A stretch of 63,031 nt of DNA, filler included, from Pirum gemmata (GCA_002812295.1; 28 parts of 28 records of this genome joined end to end with filler, not necessarily neighbours in it), one strand, 5' to 3'; positions 11,411 to 24,661 are shown, counted from the whole stretch's first letter. Made by a program: numbers and translations. Notes: a model not told the origin generated them from the sequence alone.

Positions 11411-11668
11411 TAAAAAGAAGTGTGCAATTGTCATTTTTTCCTTCTGATATATATATATATTATGTAAATGTATATTAAGTGATATATGTGAGAGTGGTTA
11501 AAAAATATTTTTTATAATTATATTACTATATTTGAAATAATATATTATTCGTCACGGCCACTCTTATTACTTCCATGTATAGTATAATTATTAATAAAAA
11601 AGAAATTTCAACTTTCCTCACGCTGCCTCGCACACTGCAAAAAAAAAGTTATTATAACGTCATCCGCC

Positions 11669-11906
11669 CTGAGAGATACGGGAAAACATAATCGAATCAA
11701 ACAGCTCGATCCTAATTATTAAATGGTGACAATTTTGAAATGATATTCTTTTTTTTTCGAGCTTCAAGTTTTTTCTATGGAATTTCTTAAGAATTTGTAA
11801 GGATTTTTTAATGAAATTAAAAGTGAGTTAATACTTAAAATTAGATCGAAAAATTTCGAAAGTTTTGAACTAGTCTCGATTCGATGGGTTTTCCCGCATC
11901 TCCCTG
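11669..11906. mobile_element. MITE-like element (family F)
   Basis: GAGATACGGGAAAACATAATCGAATC ... GATTCGATGGGTTTTCCCGCATCTCCCTG. Confidence 0.75.
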
Positions 11907-11977
11907 CTCCCTCACACATTGCGGAAAAAATTATTATTATAACGACGTCATTGGCGTTTCCCTCATACTTAGACAAA

Positions 11978-12247
11978 CTAATCCCATAAATCATCTTTCG
12001 TTTTTATAGGCCCATGCGAGTTTTTCGGAATATAAATGTTACCACTAACATATCTACAATTACAATCCATTAAATCTAATGTTTTCAAATCATCTTTACT
12101 TAATTCGATTTTTAAACTTTCGAAGTTTGCCTTAATACGGTCTACATTGACGCTTTTGGGGATCACGATATTTCCAATTTGTATTTGCCATTTGATCAAA
12201 ATTTGTGCGGGTGTACTATTGTACTTGTTAGCTATAGTTTTGGTTTT
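11978..12247 (-). CDS. Last exon of an aldo-keto reductase
   Basis: CTAACCATTCTTACAG| acceptor; KTIANKYNSTPAQILIKWQIQIGNIVIPKSVNVDRIKANF carries the AKR IPKS signature; TAG stop. Convergent with cathepsin L. Confidence 0.92.
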   Translation of the reverse strand, partial: KTKTIANKYNSTPAQILIKWQIQIGNIVIPKSVNVDRIKANFESLKIELSKDDLKTLDLMDCNCRYVSGNIYIPKNSHGPIKTKDDLWD

Positions 12248-14631
12248 CTGTAAGAATGGTTAGGGTTAGGATTAAGGATAGGGTTAGGGTTTGGGCTTTT
12301 GATTTTTTAATGTAAATTAAATTTTCAATATGGTCATGTTTTCCAGTCATTCAAATACTTTTTTTAAGATTGTTATTATTATTTATTATTATTATTAATT
12401 ATTATTATTATTATTATTATTATTTTAATTANNNNNNNNNNNNNNNNNNNNNNNNNNNNNNNNNNNNNNNNNNNNTTAATTAATTAANNNNNNNNNNNNN
12501 NNNNNNNNNNNNNNNNNNNNNNNNNNNNNNNAATAATAATGATAATAATATTTTATTTTCCGTTCTTCATTCTTTAGTTATAGTTTTATTTTTAAAAATA
12601 TGTTTATTTAGTGTTTATTTTCGCCTTTTTTTTAGTAGTTACTTTTTATATTCTTTCTGAAACTCTTCAAATTCATGCTGGGCTCTTTTCACTTTTTCAA
12701 ACGACCATCTTAATCTAGACTACAGTTTTGGATACCTCCTGCTCTCTTAAGATTTTTTCTCCTTTGTATTTAGGAAATGTGAAAAAAGAAGTGGAAATAA
12801 TCGGATCAACATATATAGAGTAAGAAGGAGAAGTTGATGGCGTTACTGGCCAGAAGGACCAAAGTAGGTGACACAGTCGTATAATTTGACCATTCAGTAT
12901 TAATAGCGTTTGTATTTGTTTAACAACGACTTGCCTTCCAAATTTGTCACTCACAACACTAGCGTAAGAACTCCATTCAAATAGATAAGATTGGACACTA
13001 GTTCCAATACCCAGTTTTAATAAATTGTACAAAATGGGTTATTCTGATTTGGTAAATGGTGGTGGTAGTGGTGGTGTCTGCTGTTTGGGGTAGAACCCTC
13101 GAAGCTGCTCATCTTGTTGTTGTTTTTGTGGCTTTCTTTAAAGTTCTTGGTAAGCTTGCCCTTGTTCTAATTGTTCTTTTTTTCTTGAAAAAAAAAGTTA
13201 CCTATTTTTTGCTATACTTTTTTAAGGTGATATTATTTAATAAAATTATCTTGATAAAGTACATAAGAAAAGTTAATTATCAACATCATTATTATTATTA
13301 TTGATACTAATTATACATATATATCTAATTTACCCGCTGTTTCCTTAAGCAGAAAACTGACAACAGACATAATGTTGTTAATGCACAATACTAATGATGT
13401 GTTTTGTAGGTGTTTTGTGTTACTTTTTTCAGACTTTGGTTGAATATTCTGGCGACAACAACTATAATAACATTAGTAATAATAATATCAATAATAATAA
13501 TAATAATAATAATAACGTTAAGATGGGTATCGGTCATTTGCTGGTTTACAATCATGGTTATACACACAGTTTTGTTGAGTTGACACAAAACTAATTTCGA
13601 AAAATATAGTATACCGTAGAATTTTCATGTTTTCCATAAAAGTGAAGTTTTAAAATTTACAAGGGGTAATGACAAAAACATCATAGCAATTAATTGTAAG
13701 CAATGCAGTGCTTCCCATATACACAATTTCGAGATTATTTTTAAGTCATGTTATAACACAGTAGCAGGTTGCTTCACTAAAACCATACAAAGAAAAAGGA
13801 ACAAAATGACTATGTCTTTGAAAGAAGCGAAAAATGTAAAGGAAAAGGGCAAGGTAACTACGAATAATACTAGTGTGAATAATATTAAAACTCCGGACAC
13901 TGATGAGCTTAAAGAGTTGTCCGAAAAGGCCATGCGGAAAAAAGAATGCTAGGGGTATTACAAGCTTTTGTATCGAAATTGAAACAATACTTGTCCAGAA
14001 AATCGTATTCGTAGCAAGAAAAAAGAAGAGCTTCAAAATCTACCATTCAACACTTAACCAAAGAAATTGAGAGCTTATTTGAATTTCAAGAGAATTTTGA
14101 TTTGTTTTATTTTACTGATATTACTAATGATGATGGTGAGGGTGAGGGAAATTGTAATTGTGATGGTATCGGAGATGGTAATGATGGTAATGGTGATGAC
14201 ATTGGTAGTGTTAGTTGATTAGTTGAATTACTTGATTTGATTTGGTTCATTTAGTTGATTTAGTTGATTTAATCAGTTGATTTAGTTGTTATTGATAATA
14301 ATAATAATAATAATGGTCATAATTTACGTTGCAATGAGTGGGTAGTGTTGGTAGGATGCTACTTTGTTGAATCAAATTAATATATTATTGAGTATTTTAA
14401 AATATCATGTTATCATAAGTGTTTGATCCAGACTAGACTAGCACCTGTTTTTCTGCACACAAAATCCCAGAGGGAAAAGTAGAAAGTTGACTCCTTTTTT
14501 TTTTTTTTTTTGAACGAACTCCTTGTGAGTANNNNNNNNNNNNNNNNNNNNNNNNNNNNNNNNNNNNNNNNNNNNTTAATTAATTAANNNNNNNNNNNNN
14601 NNNNNNNNNNNNNNNNNNNNNNNNNNNNNNN

Positions 14632-15910
14632 TATTGGGGTATTGTGGGTTGTTGCTTGATTTAAATACTTGTGTACTAGTGCTATTGATCTGTCTTCAAT
14701 TGTTGGTAGTTCTGTTTAATTTTTGAAGAGTGGTAATTTTAATACGGTCTACTTGGCGTGTATTAGTGATTAGTCTCATTGCTTTGTTTTGTATTACTTC
14801 CAGTTGTTTCAGGTTATTTAAATTTGGTGACATCATTAGGATAGCTAGTGCAGAGTAGTCAGTGATTGAGGGCAGTAGAGATTTGTATGTTCGTAGTATT
14901 AATAGTTTTATCGGGTTTGCACCCCAGTTTGTATCTTTTAATCTAAATAGGAAACAGAGCTTGTTGTAAGGTGATATCCTAGTAATTTGGGGTTGGTTTT
15001 TGCTGTTATTAGTTTGCCATCATATTAATAGTATAGTTCAAGTTGGATTGGTGTATTCATTAATTGTTAAGTATAATAGTGAGTTTTTGTTATGCTTATT
15101 TTTGTATGCCATTTGGCCATCCAGTGTTGTATTTGGTTGAGTGCTTCTTGGGTATCCTTTTGGGCTTGGGATTTGGTGGAGTGGGAATTAAAAAAGGTTG
15201 CGTCATCAGCGAAGAGTGTTGCTTCCATACTGGATTTGAGTTTTATGGTATCTGGTAGGTCATTGATAAATAGAATAAATAAAATTGGCCCTAAAATCGA
15301 ACCCCTGTGGGAATCCTGACGTTATATCACATAGTGTTGAGTGTGCATTCTTATATTTCGTTTTGTATGTTCTGTTTGCCAAATATATAGTTTTCAATCC
15401 AGTGACCTAGATAGTCTGGTATTCCAATTTTGCTTAGTTTATATAGGAGTCCTTTGTGTCAGATTTTATCGAAAGCCTTTTCTATGTCAATTAGTAAAAG
15501 TGAGGTTTTTTACTGCTAATATCCTGTTTTCCAAGTTGGTTCGGTTTGAATACAGCATCCCATGTTCTGTGCTGTGCTAGAAATCCTGACTGAGCTGGGT
15601 TGATTATGTTGTGCTCCTGTATAAATTTCATTAGTCTTTTTTTAAAATTATTATTTCCAATATTTTTGACATCGTGGAGAGAAGACTGATGGGCCTATAA
15701 TAATTGCTGGGGTCTCTGTGATTTTTGTCTGGTTTTGGGAATAGAATAATAGTAGCCTGTTTCCATTTGCAGGAAATGATACCGTTTTTGATGGAGTAAT
15801 TGTATATTTTGGTTAGGTCTTCAAGTGGACCGGGGGGTCTACAGGTTCAGGACAGTTTGCTAACGTTAGGTAGGTTATATCATCTTCACCGGGGGGCACT
15901 TTTTTAGTAC
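14632..15910 (-). mobile_element. Decayed non-LTR retrotransposon RT (Jockey/CR1/I-like), pseudogenised
   Basis: Minus-strand motifs in order: WKQATIILFPKPDK, YRPISLLSTMSKILE, QSGF, DIEKAFDKI*H, PQGSILGPILFILFINDLP, LFADD, with stops and frameshifts. Confidence 0.9.
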
Positions 15911-16051
15911 TTCTTTTTTATTGATAGCTAGAGAGCTATGATAGTCTATCATAAATTCATAATAAACATCGATACTGAGGTATTTACATTTAAACTGAGT
16001 CAATCAAGTTGATAGTATCAATATACTATCAATATACGCTTTCTAAAAAGT

Positions 16052-16293
16052 GGAGCGTTCAAATACTACATAACGCCAATTTCTGGTCAAATACAGCTTC
16101 AAATACCCCTACCCACCTAACCCTTGACGTTCATTTCTGGTCAAATACCAGCTACCTACCTACCCCTTGATTGGTCAAATACAGCTTCAAATACCCCTAC
16201 CTACCTACCCCTCGACACTCCCTCGGCGTTAATTTCCGGTCAAATACCACCTACCTACCTACCCCTTGACGTGACGTATTATTTGAATGCTCC
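16052..16293. mobile_element. MITE with CCTA microrepeats (family C)
   Basis: TIR GGAGCGTTCAAATACTAC ... GTATTATTTGAATGCTCC. Copies at ~28500-28638, ~34695-34795, ~43340-43455 and ~45085-45200. Confidence 0.75.
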
Positions 16294-16958
16294 ACTCCCT
16301 ATTTGAAAAAAAAAAAAAAACTCAATTATGGGATTCCACGTGACCACTTTTTTTCAGTTTTTTTTGCCAACACTGATTCTATACTGTAGATCTCTTTTTT
16401 GTTTGTATGTTTGTTGAACTGTTTGTTGATGTATTATTATCGATAGCTCTGCTAAAGATTTCAAGATCTACTTGAATTAATACAAATGAAATGAAGTAAG
16501 GGACGTACGTATATTGCAACCTTGTATATTGGTTTTTGTCGAAACTTTCAATACTAATCATCATCATCATCACCATCATTTGTTGTAATCATGAACTTGT
16601 GACTATATAACGGGAGGGGATAATAATAATAATANNNNNNNNNNNNNNNNNNNNNNNNNNNNNNNNNNNNNNNNNNNNTTAATTAATTAANNNNNNNNNN
16701 NNNNNNNNNNNNNNNNNNNNNNNNNNNNNNNNNNTTATTATTATTATTATTATTGTTCTTATTATTATTATTGTTGTTGTTGTTGCTGGTCGTCGTTGGT
16801 GGAGGAGTTGGAGTTGGGGTTGGTATTATTATTATTGTTATTATTATTATTGTATTATTATTATTATTATTATTATTAAATAATAATAATAATAATAATA
16901 TTTGTCTTGTTATTGGATTAAGTGACTAATGTTAACCTCACTTTTGTTTTTTCAATAG

Positions 16959-16980
16959 GTAGCCGCAAAAACAGCTGCAG
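16959..16980 (+). CDS. Putative 22-nt micro-exon
   Basis: GACTAAT branch-like site, pyrimidine tract, CAATAG|GTAGCCGCAAAAACAGCTGCAG|GTATAAT. Confidence 0.4.
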
Positions 16981-17084
16981 GTATAATATTTAAATTGTTT
17001 TCTCTTAAATACTTTACTTGCAGTATATTTATGTAAATATTGGGCTTGTGTTCCTTTTACCATTCTTTACCCAATGTCTACCCC

Positions 17085-17625
17085 TTCAACCTTAACCTTA
17101 ACCCTAACCTTAACGTTAACCTTCGTTCGCCTGTTTGCTTTCACCTCAACCTCAACCTTAACCTTAACCTTAACCTTAACCTTAACCTTAACCTTAACCT
17201 TAACCTTAACCTTAACCTTAACCTTAACCTTAACCTTAACCTTAACCTTAACCTTAACCTTCACGTTTACCTGTTCACGTTCACCTTAACCTTCGCGTTC
17301 ACTAGTTCACATTCACCTGTTCACGTTCACCTTAATCTTAACCTTAACCTTAAAGTTAACCTTAACCTTCAACTTTATCCTTAACCTTCCTGTTCACCTT
17401 CACCTTCACCTTCACCTTCACCTTCAACCTTCACCTTTAACTTTAACTTTAACCTTAACCTTCAACCTTCAACTTCAACCTTCACCCTTCAACTTCAACC
17501 TTCACCTTCACCTTCACCTTCACCTTCACCTTCACCTTCAACTCCACCTTCACCTTGAACTTGAACTTGAACTTCAACTTAATGTTTATGTTCATGTTCA
17601 CCTTCAACTTCACGTTCACGTTTTG

Positions 17626-17694
<69 letters not shown>

Positions 17695-18210
17695 TTCACC
17701 TTGTACCTTGACCTGTACCTTGACCTTGTACCTTGACCTTGTACCTTCACCTGTACCTTCACCTTGACCTTGACCTGTACCTTGACCTGTACCTTGACCT
17801 TGACCTTCACCTGTACCTTGACCTTGACCTTCACCTGTACCTTCACCTTGACCTTCACCTTAACCAAACTATTAACCTTAACCTTAACGTTAACCTTAAC
17901 AACCTTACCTTAAACTTAGCAACCTTATCCTTAACCTTAACAACCTTAACCTTAACAACCTTAACCTTAACCTTAACAACCTTAACCTTAACAACCTTAG
18001 CCTTAACCTTAACCTTAATAACCTTAACAACCTTAACCTTGGCTTTAATATTGGTCTTAACCTTGGCTTTAATATTGGCCTTAACCTTGGCCTTAACCCT
18101 AGCCTTAACCCTGGCCCTGACCTTGACCTTAACCTTCGCCTTGACTCTAATCCTACAACCATAGGCTTAGAACCCTAAGAAGATGACCCTAAAACTAACC
18201 CTAACTGACG
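17085..18210. repeat. Telomere-derived hexamer arrays (CCTTAA)n, (CCTTCA)n, (CCTTGA)n
   Basis: Successive homogeneous blocks, each one or two substitutions from CCCTAA. Confidence 0.9.
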
Positions 18211-18238
18211 TTGCTTATCTTTTTTCTTTCATTATATN

Positions 18239-18596
18239 ATGGTTCAGAAGGATTGAATTTCCGTTACAGCTACCACATTTTTATAAGAAACGAAATTCAA
18301 TTTTTGCTTATACACTTGGAAAAGGTAACAATAGAGAACATGTATTTTATAAAGTTCTATCTATATATGCAAAATATTACACCAAATGGTTTATGTTTGA
18401 TCCTGAACATGATCGCAACCCAAAAGACAAGAAGGGAAGGGAAATGAAAGACCCTAAGTGTAAAGTTCATATGATTCAAGTTGTTGATTATGATAGCCTT
18501 AATTCTGATCTGTTGAGAAACAATTGGAAAAAAGTTGTCTGGTTAACAGAAAAGTTGAAAGAAGCAGTGTTTGGAGTTTTGGAAGAAGCTAATTGA
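18239..18596 (+). CDS. Terminal exon of an unknown protein
   Basis: Non-repetitive ORF WFRRIEFP...VLEEAN* after a pyrimidine tract (an N obscures the acceptor); its 3' end is locally duplicated at ~18654-18730. Confidence 0.55.
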
Positions 18597-19145
18597 TAGT
18601 TAATAAAGTGTTAATAAACAAATTAATAATAATATATTATAATCTATTAATTAAGCAGTGTTTGGAGTTTTGGAAGAAGCTAATTGATAGTTAATAAAGT
18701 GTTAATAAACAAATTAATAATAATATATAATCTATTATGTATTTTTAGTCTTTTTCTTAGTTGTAAGACTGTTGTAAGTGTAGCTATTTGTTTATCTAAT
18801 ATTAATATTAGAAGAGTATTAGAACAGTATTAGAACTGTGTTAGACTGGCTATCAGATAGCTAGTAGTAGAGCTCTAGCTAGAGGTAGCTAGAGCTAGCT
18901 AGCTAGCTAGACAGACCTATTTCAGTAGTATTTCAGTCCTATTTCTTATTTTTGCCGGACCGGGGCAGCTACCGGGGCACAAGTCAAAAAAATTCTTGCC
19001 GCGTTTTTGCCCTAATTAATTTCGGCATTCCTGCCTAACCTTAACCTTTGTCCCCCGGACACTTGTACCGTACAATTAGTAAAGTGACGTCATCTCATCC
19101 CTCCTATAAATACCTTTCTTCTCGACATATTTTTAGCTCCGTAGA

Positions 19146-19279
19146 CTAGCGTTTATTTATGGTTGGCGAGAAATCGCCGCCGCGACAAAAATATGGGTAC
19201 CTGGGCCGAAGTATCGGCCCAGGCCGCCCAGTGCTTCAATTATCCCCTTCTCGCGTACAACGTGGGAGAAAGGTATAGA
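19146..19279 (-). mobile_element. Candidate 134-bp non-autonomous Helitron (alternatively a structured ncRNA)
   Basis: Minus strand begins TCTATACC and ends with hairpin GGCGA-TTTC-TCGCC, 15 nt, then CTAG|T; internal perfect 10-bp stem at 19200-19223. Confidence 0.45.
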
Positions 19280-19280
19280 C

Positions 19281-19450
19281 TAGTGCTTTTCATTTGCTTT
19301 GTCATCATAAAATAAACAATAAATAGTACCAAATTGATACAATATAAATACATTTAATTTAATTTGGTATATTTTATTATCTATTAAATTTTATTGATTT
19401 AAAAATGTCAATTTAAAGATTATAACCCTCCTAATAAATGAAAAGCACGA
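19281..19450. mobile_element. TA-type MITE (family A)
   Basis: TAGTGCTTTTCA... to ...TGAAAAGCACGA|TA. Confidence 0.8.
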
Positions 19451-20493
19451 TATATTATAATATTATCATCCCATATCCAACATAATAGAATAAAAATTTT
19501 AAGTGCTTCTATCCGTCATATTATAAATAACGACTGCAGTATCTTGCTTTTCAGTTATTTTGTCGTCATAAATTATACAATAAATAGTACCTTTGATTTA
19601 ATTTGGTATATTTTATTATATATTTATTTATTTAAAAGTATGTGTTGATAATAAATTACAAAATAGCTATAGATACAATGTCCATAGACGCCAAAAGAAA
19701 TACCATTTAATTAATATTATAAGTAAATAAGTACATTAGTAATTAAAATATATATTACTATAATAAATTAATAATATTTTAACAATTTAAAATACGGTTA
19801 CTATATTTCTATGCAGCCACCAGTGTATATAATAAATATTATAGTAGATTTTATTATATCATTGTTGCTATAAAAATTAACACAATTTATAGTTACAGTC
19901 ATTCGCCAAGTGTAACTTATATACTTATCGATATTTCGAAACTAATACTCATACCTGTACCAGTTCTAATACTAGTACTGGCTTTATTCCAACTACAACA
20001 CAATATATTTAACTTATAAACACCTATTAATATAAATGTGCATAATAAACATGTATTTATGATTATACTTTTAAAAACAAGTAAAACGTAAATTTTATAA
20101 TAATATAATTAATTTTAACCCAGGGACTCCCAGTGTGTGTGTTTGTGGGTCTGTGTGTCTGTGTGTGTGTGTTGTGTCTGTGTGTATGTGTGTACATATA
20201 TGTGTGTTGTGTTTATGTGTGTTGTGTGCATCGGTATGTGTGTGTATGTGTGTGTGGTGTATGTGTATTATGTGTGTTATGTGTGTGTGTCTGGGTCTGG
20301 GTCTGTGTTTCTAAAAAAAAAAAAAANNNNNNNNNNNNNNNNNNNNNNNNNNNNNNNNNNNNNNNNNNNNTTAATTAATTAANNNNNNNNNNNNNNNNNN
20401 NNNNNNNNNNNNNNNNNNNNNNNNNNAATAACAATAACAATAACAATAACAATAACAATAACAATAACAATATCAATTATTATTTATTATAAG

Positions 20494-20978
20494 CAAAATT
20501 CGAGTTTATTCCATATACTAGTACAGCACAACTAAAGCACTGGGAAATAGACGTTAATGGGTATGCTAACCATCTCTGTGTAACCCTAACCTCACCCCTA
20601 CTCCCACACCCCTAACTCTAACCCTACACCCCTAACTCTAACCCTACACCCCTAACTCTAAACCTACCCCCCTAACCCTACCACCCTAACCCTAACCTCA
20701 ACCTCAACCATAACCCCTAGCCCACAACTCTAACCCCTAACCCTAACCAACAACCCTGACCCTTAACCCTAACCCCTAACCCTAACCCTAACCCTAACCC
20801 ATAACCCTAACCCTAATCCTAACCCTAACCCTAAACCCAACCTTAACCCTAAACCCAACCCTAACCCCTAACCATAACCGTAACCATAACCGTAACTGTA
20901 ACCGTAACCGTAACTGTAACCGTAACCGTAACTGTAACCGTAACCGTAACCGTAANNNNNNNNTTATTGTTATTGTTA

Positions 20979-21026
<48 letters not shown>

Positions 21027-22430
21027 GGTAGCCAAAGTGATGATAATGATGAGCGTACTTGTATTGAGGATGTGTGTCATTTTTTTTATTCGAAAGCCGA
21101 TTGTATGATGATATTTGTTGGAGTTTTTTAAACGACAAATTTAAATTAGTTTTTTTTTGGAATTTAAAAAAGAATGGTTAGATTTAGAATTATTAGTTGA
21201 TTGGGTTTTGGATTTTAAAAATGAATGGTTAAATTTAGAATTATTAGTTGATTGGGATGAAGAGGATGAGGGTTAGGGTTAGGGTTAGGGTTAAGGTTAG
21301 GGTTAGGGGGTTAGGGTTAGGGCCAGGGTTAGGGCCAGGGTTAGGGTCAGGGTCAAGGTCAAGGTTAGGGTTAGGGTTAGGTTATTGTTAGCGTAACGAT
21401 TTAAATACAATCAAATCAATCAAAAAAATAGATTTACTATGATTAGTATTTGGAATATTAATAATAGTTTTTTGTATGACCCCTCGTCCTCTAAATACCA
21501 CAGAGGATTACGATGGGGGATTATCTCAATCTCATTTGACTACCAGTTAGAGGGAACCCTGACTCTAGCCCTAAACCTTACTCTTACTATCTTAATCTTA
21601 CTCTAACTCGAACCCTTATCCTTACCCCAATCCTAACTGAAAAAATTAATCTGAGCATTTTTTTTTAATACTCTAAATTCGAAACAACAGAATAAAATTG
21701 AACGTCGACACTTTTAACGAAAAACTATGGAAAGAATTCAATGTAATCTTTGAACAGAAAATTGAAAACAACGAAGTTGAAATCAGTGAGCCAGAAAACC
21801 AAGAATTTAGAGATCCCAAAGAAAATGCTTTACTGAAACTACTGTATTCTTATTGTGATCAGTTTAACTCTCATAAAGCTAAACTTGATATCATTTTTAA
21901 AATTATAGGTATTAACCTTACCTTTACCTAACCCTGACCCTAATTCTTGACCTTACCTTTACCTAACCCGAACTCTTTTCCTTACCCTTACCTTACCCTC
22001 TAACCCCTAACCCCTAACCCTAACCCTAACCCTAACCCTAACCACTAACCACTAACCCTAACCACCAACCACTGATCCTAACCCTAGCCACTAAATTTTA
22101 ACCCCAACCCCAACCCCAACCACTAACCCTAACCACCAATCCTTAACACTAACACTAACCCTAACCTCTACTTATTGTATAACCCAAAACAACCACATAG
22201 AAAAAGGCCTGCGAAACAGAAAATTAAAATTTGATACAATGATTAACACGGAAGCGGAGGGTAATTGGGATGATGTTTTTTCTGTGAAAAAACCAATTAT
22301 TTGGTGCAAAATGTGTGACTTACTAAATGATAATTTAGATTTAGTTTATTATAAGGACTGTAATACTTTACTAAGAAAATTAAGGCTATGCTTAGAAAGA
22401 TCAGACACTGTTGCAGTGGTTGATAAATTG
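20494..22430 (+). CDS. Multi-exon gene fragment, unknown product; exons 20494-20560, 21691-21908, 22201-22430
   Basis: GT-AG boundaries with compatible phases (GG|A, G|AA) give a continuous reading KFEFIPY...VNG-IKLNVDTF...KIIE-KGLRNRK...VVDKL; introns are telomeric-repeat rich. Confidence 0.7.
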
Positions 22431-23188
22431 GTAACTTCCTTCCCATATATTATTCTACCACCCAAAAGAGTTAAGGTTAAGGTTAAGGTTAAGGTTAAGG
22501 TTAAGGTTAAGGTTAAGGCTGTTAAGGCTAAGGTTAAGGTTAAGGTTAAGGTTAAGGTTAAGGTTAAGGTTAAGGTTAAGGTTAAGGTTGAGGTTGAGGT
22601 TAAGGTTAAGGTTAGTGCTAGTGTTAGGGTTAACGTTAGGGGTTTGAGTAAGGGTTTGGGTAAGGGTTTGGGTAAGGGGTTTGGGTAAGGGGTTTGGGTA
22701 AGGGGTTTGGGTAAGGGGTTTGGGTTTGGGTTAAGATTAGAGTTGAGAGCTATGTGTTACGGCTAGGGTTAGGGAAAACTTAAGATTTACTTTTAGAGTT
22801 GTATTCTTTGTTTATATTATTCTTATCATTGTTATTGTAATCTTGAGCTTTTGTTCTGTTGCTTTAGTTTTAGGGTTAGTTTTAGTTTTAGGGTTAGTTT
22901 TAGTTTTAGGGTAAATTTTAGGGTTAGGGTTAGGGTTAGGATTAGGGTTAGGATTANNNNNNNNNNNNNNNNNNNNNNNNNNNNNNNNNNNNNNNNNNNN
23001 TTAATTAATTAANNNNNNNNNNNNNNNNNNNNNNNNNNNNNNNNNNNNNNNNNNNNTTGTTGTATTGTTGTATTGTTGTATTGTTGTATTGTTGTATTGT
23101 TGTATTGTTTTATTGTAGTATTTTTGTATTATCGTATTTTTGTTTTGTTGTATTGTTTTGTTAATTAAAAACCTTTTCATTAATTTAG

Positions 23189-23633
23189 TGCTGTAGAGTT
23201 TGTATTAAATTCAACTACTGAGCATAGTACTGGAGAATCAGAATATATGGAATGTGGTAATGGAGGAGATAAGGTCAACAAAATTAAACATGTTTCAAGC
23301 GAATCTTCTGGGCAGTGTAGTTATGCTTATTATTGTACTGTTGGTTATGAGTATAATAAAGTAGATGATATTCCTGGTAGTTATGAGTATATTAAAGCCG
23401 ATGATATTCCTGGCGAGTATAATAATGTCGATGTTGAGAATGAACAGGATGAACAGAACGATAACATGTACGAAGCTGTTGATAATAGTCGACTTGAATC
23501 TTCTACTTTAAAAGTTAGTGATAGTGTTAATAATTATGCTAATATATCAAAGGGTCCTGAGCCCACAACCAACCAAAATTACTCTTCAGTTGATTTTGAG
23601 GACTATAATAATATGAGAACTACAAATTTGTGA
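23189..23633 (+). CDS. Terminal exon encoding an acidic, Tyr-motif-rich tail
   Basis: TTTAG| acceptor; motifs EYMEC, YEYNKV, YEYIKA, EYNNV, MYEAV, NYANI, NYSSV, DYNNM; TGA stop. Confidence 0.6.
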
Positions 23634-24370
23634 AAGGAGGAGGTAACTTTAACGAAATTAAACATATTCAAACGAATCAAATGGAATATGGTGATGGAGA
23701 AGATAAGTTCAACAAAATTAAGCATATTTCAAGTTAATTTTCTATGCAGAATAGTTATTCTAATGAATTTCCTGTTGGTTAGGAGTATAATAAAGTGGAT
23801 GATATTCCTGCTGGTTATGAGTATAATAAAGTCGATGATATTCCTGTTGATTTTGAGTATAATAATGTTGATGTTGAGGATGAATAGGATGAAAAGAACG
23901 ATAAAATGGAGGTAACTTGCATTTACGATGTTGTTCAGGATAGTCTTAAAGATAATAATTATGCTGTGCCCACAACCAACCAAAATTATACTTCACTTGA
24001 TGTTGAGGATTATAATAATTTACGATGAGAACTACATATTCGTTTGTAGTTATCATGGATGGAGGAGGTAATCTTCTATTTAGAACAGTTATTCTAATGG
24101 TAATACTGTTGGTTATATGATGATAATTATGTTAATGTTCAGGATGAAGAAGAGGTAAAGAACGATAACATCGATGCTGTTTAAGATAGTCAATTTCGGT
24201 CTTATACTTTATAAGTTAGTAATGATAATTTTACTAATATATTGAAGGGGGCCTGTGCCGATTTTAAACTATACTTGATTAAGAGGAGGATTATAATAAT
24301 AATATACAATGAAAAGTACAAATTCGTTTGTAGTTATCATGAATGGAGGATGTAACTTTAATTAATGAAA
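23634..24370 (+). pseudogene. Degenerate tandem copies of the Tyr-rich exon
   Basis: GATGATATTCCTG, CCCACAACCAACCAAAATTA and GAGGATTATAATAAT blocks recur with frameshifts and stops. Confidence 0.7.
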
Positions 24371-24424
24371 TTAAACATACTTTTTACTGTATTCCAATCT
24401 TCTATAGGCTTACAGGCTTATCGC

Positions 24425-24661
24425 AGTAGGGGTGAGATGACGTCATTTTATTATTACCGAACAGCTGCCGGAACTTTTCCGGTTTTTATGGTTTTTATTA
24501 CTATTAATGTTAATATTATTACTTTAATTGGTATCTACTATAATTAGATTTACTATTTTAAGCTGTTTAATAACTGCTATTATTAGTAAGGAACACGGAA
24601 CTAAGGTTGGCTCGATAAGCATCTGTTCGAAAAAAGTTCCAGTAGATATCTCACCCGTACT
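24425..24661. mobile_element. 237-bp TIR element with 8-bp TSD (family B)
   Basis: CTTATCGC|AGTAGGGGTGAGAT ... ATCTCACCCGTACT|CTTATCGC. Confidence 0.9.

Noticed and set aside
10475..12247. Alternative genetic code (TAA/TAG reassignment) in an AT-rich eukaryote
   Set aside because: Cathepsin L ends at its canonical C-terminus with TAA, AKR ends with TAG, and long ORFs lack in-frame TAA/TAG.
12600..14100. Coding-like sequence, possibly a decayed transposon or gene
   Set aside because: All frames I read contain stops and I recognise no motif; needs BLASTx.
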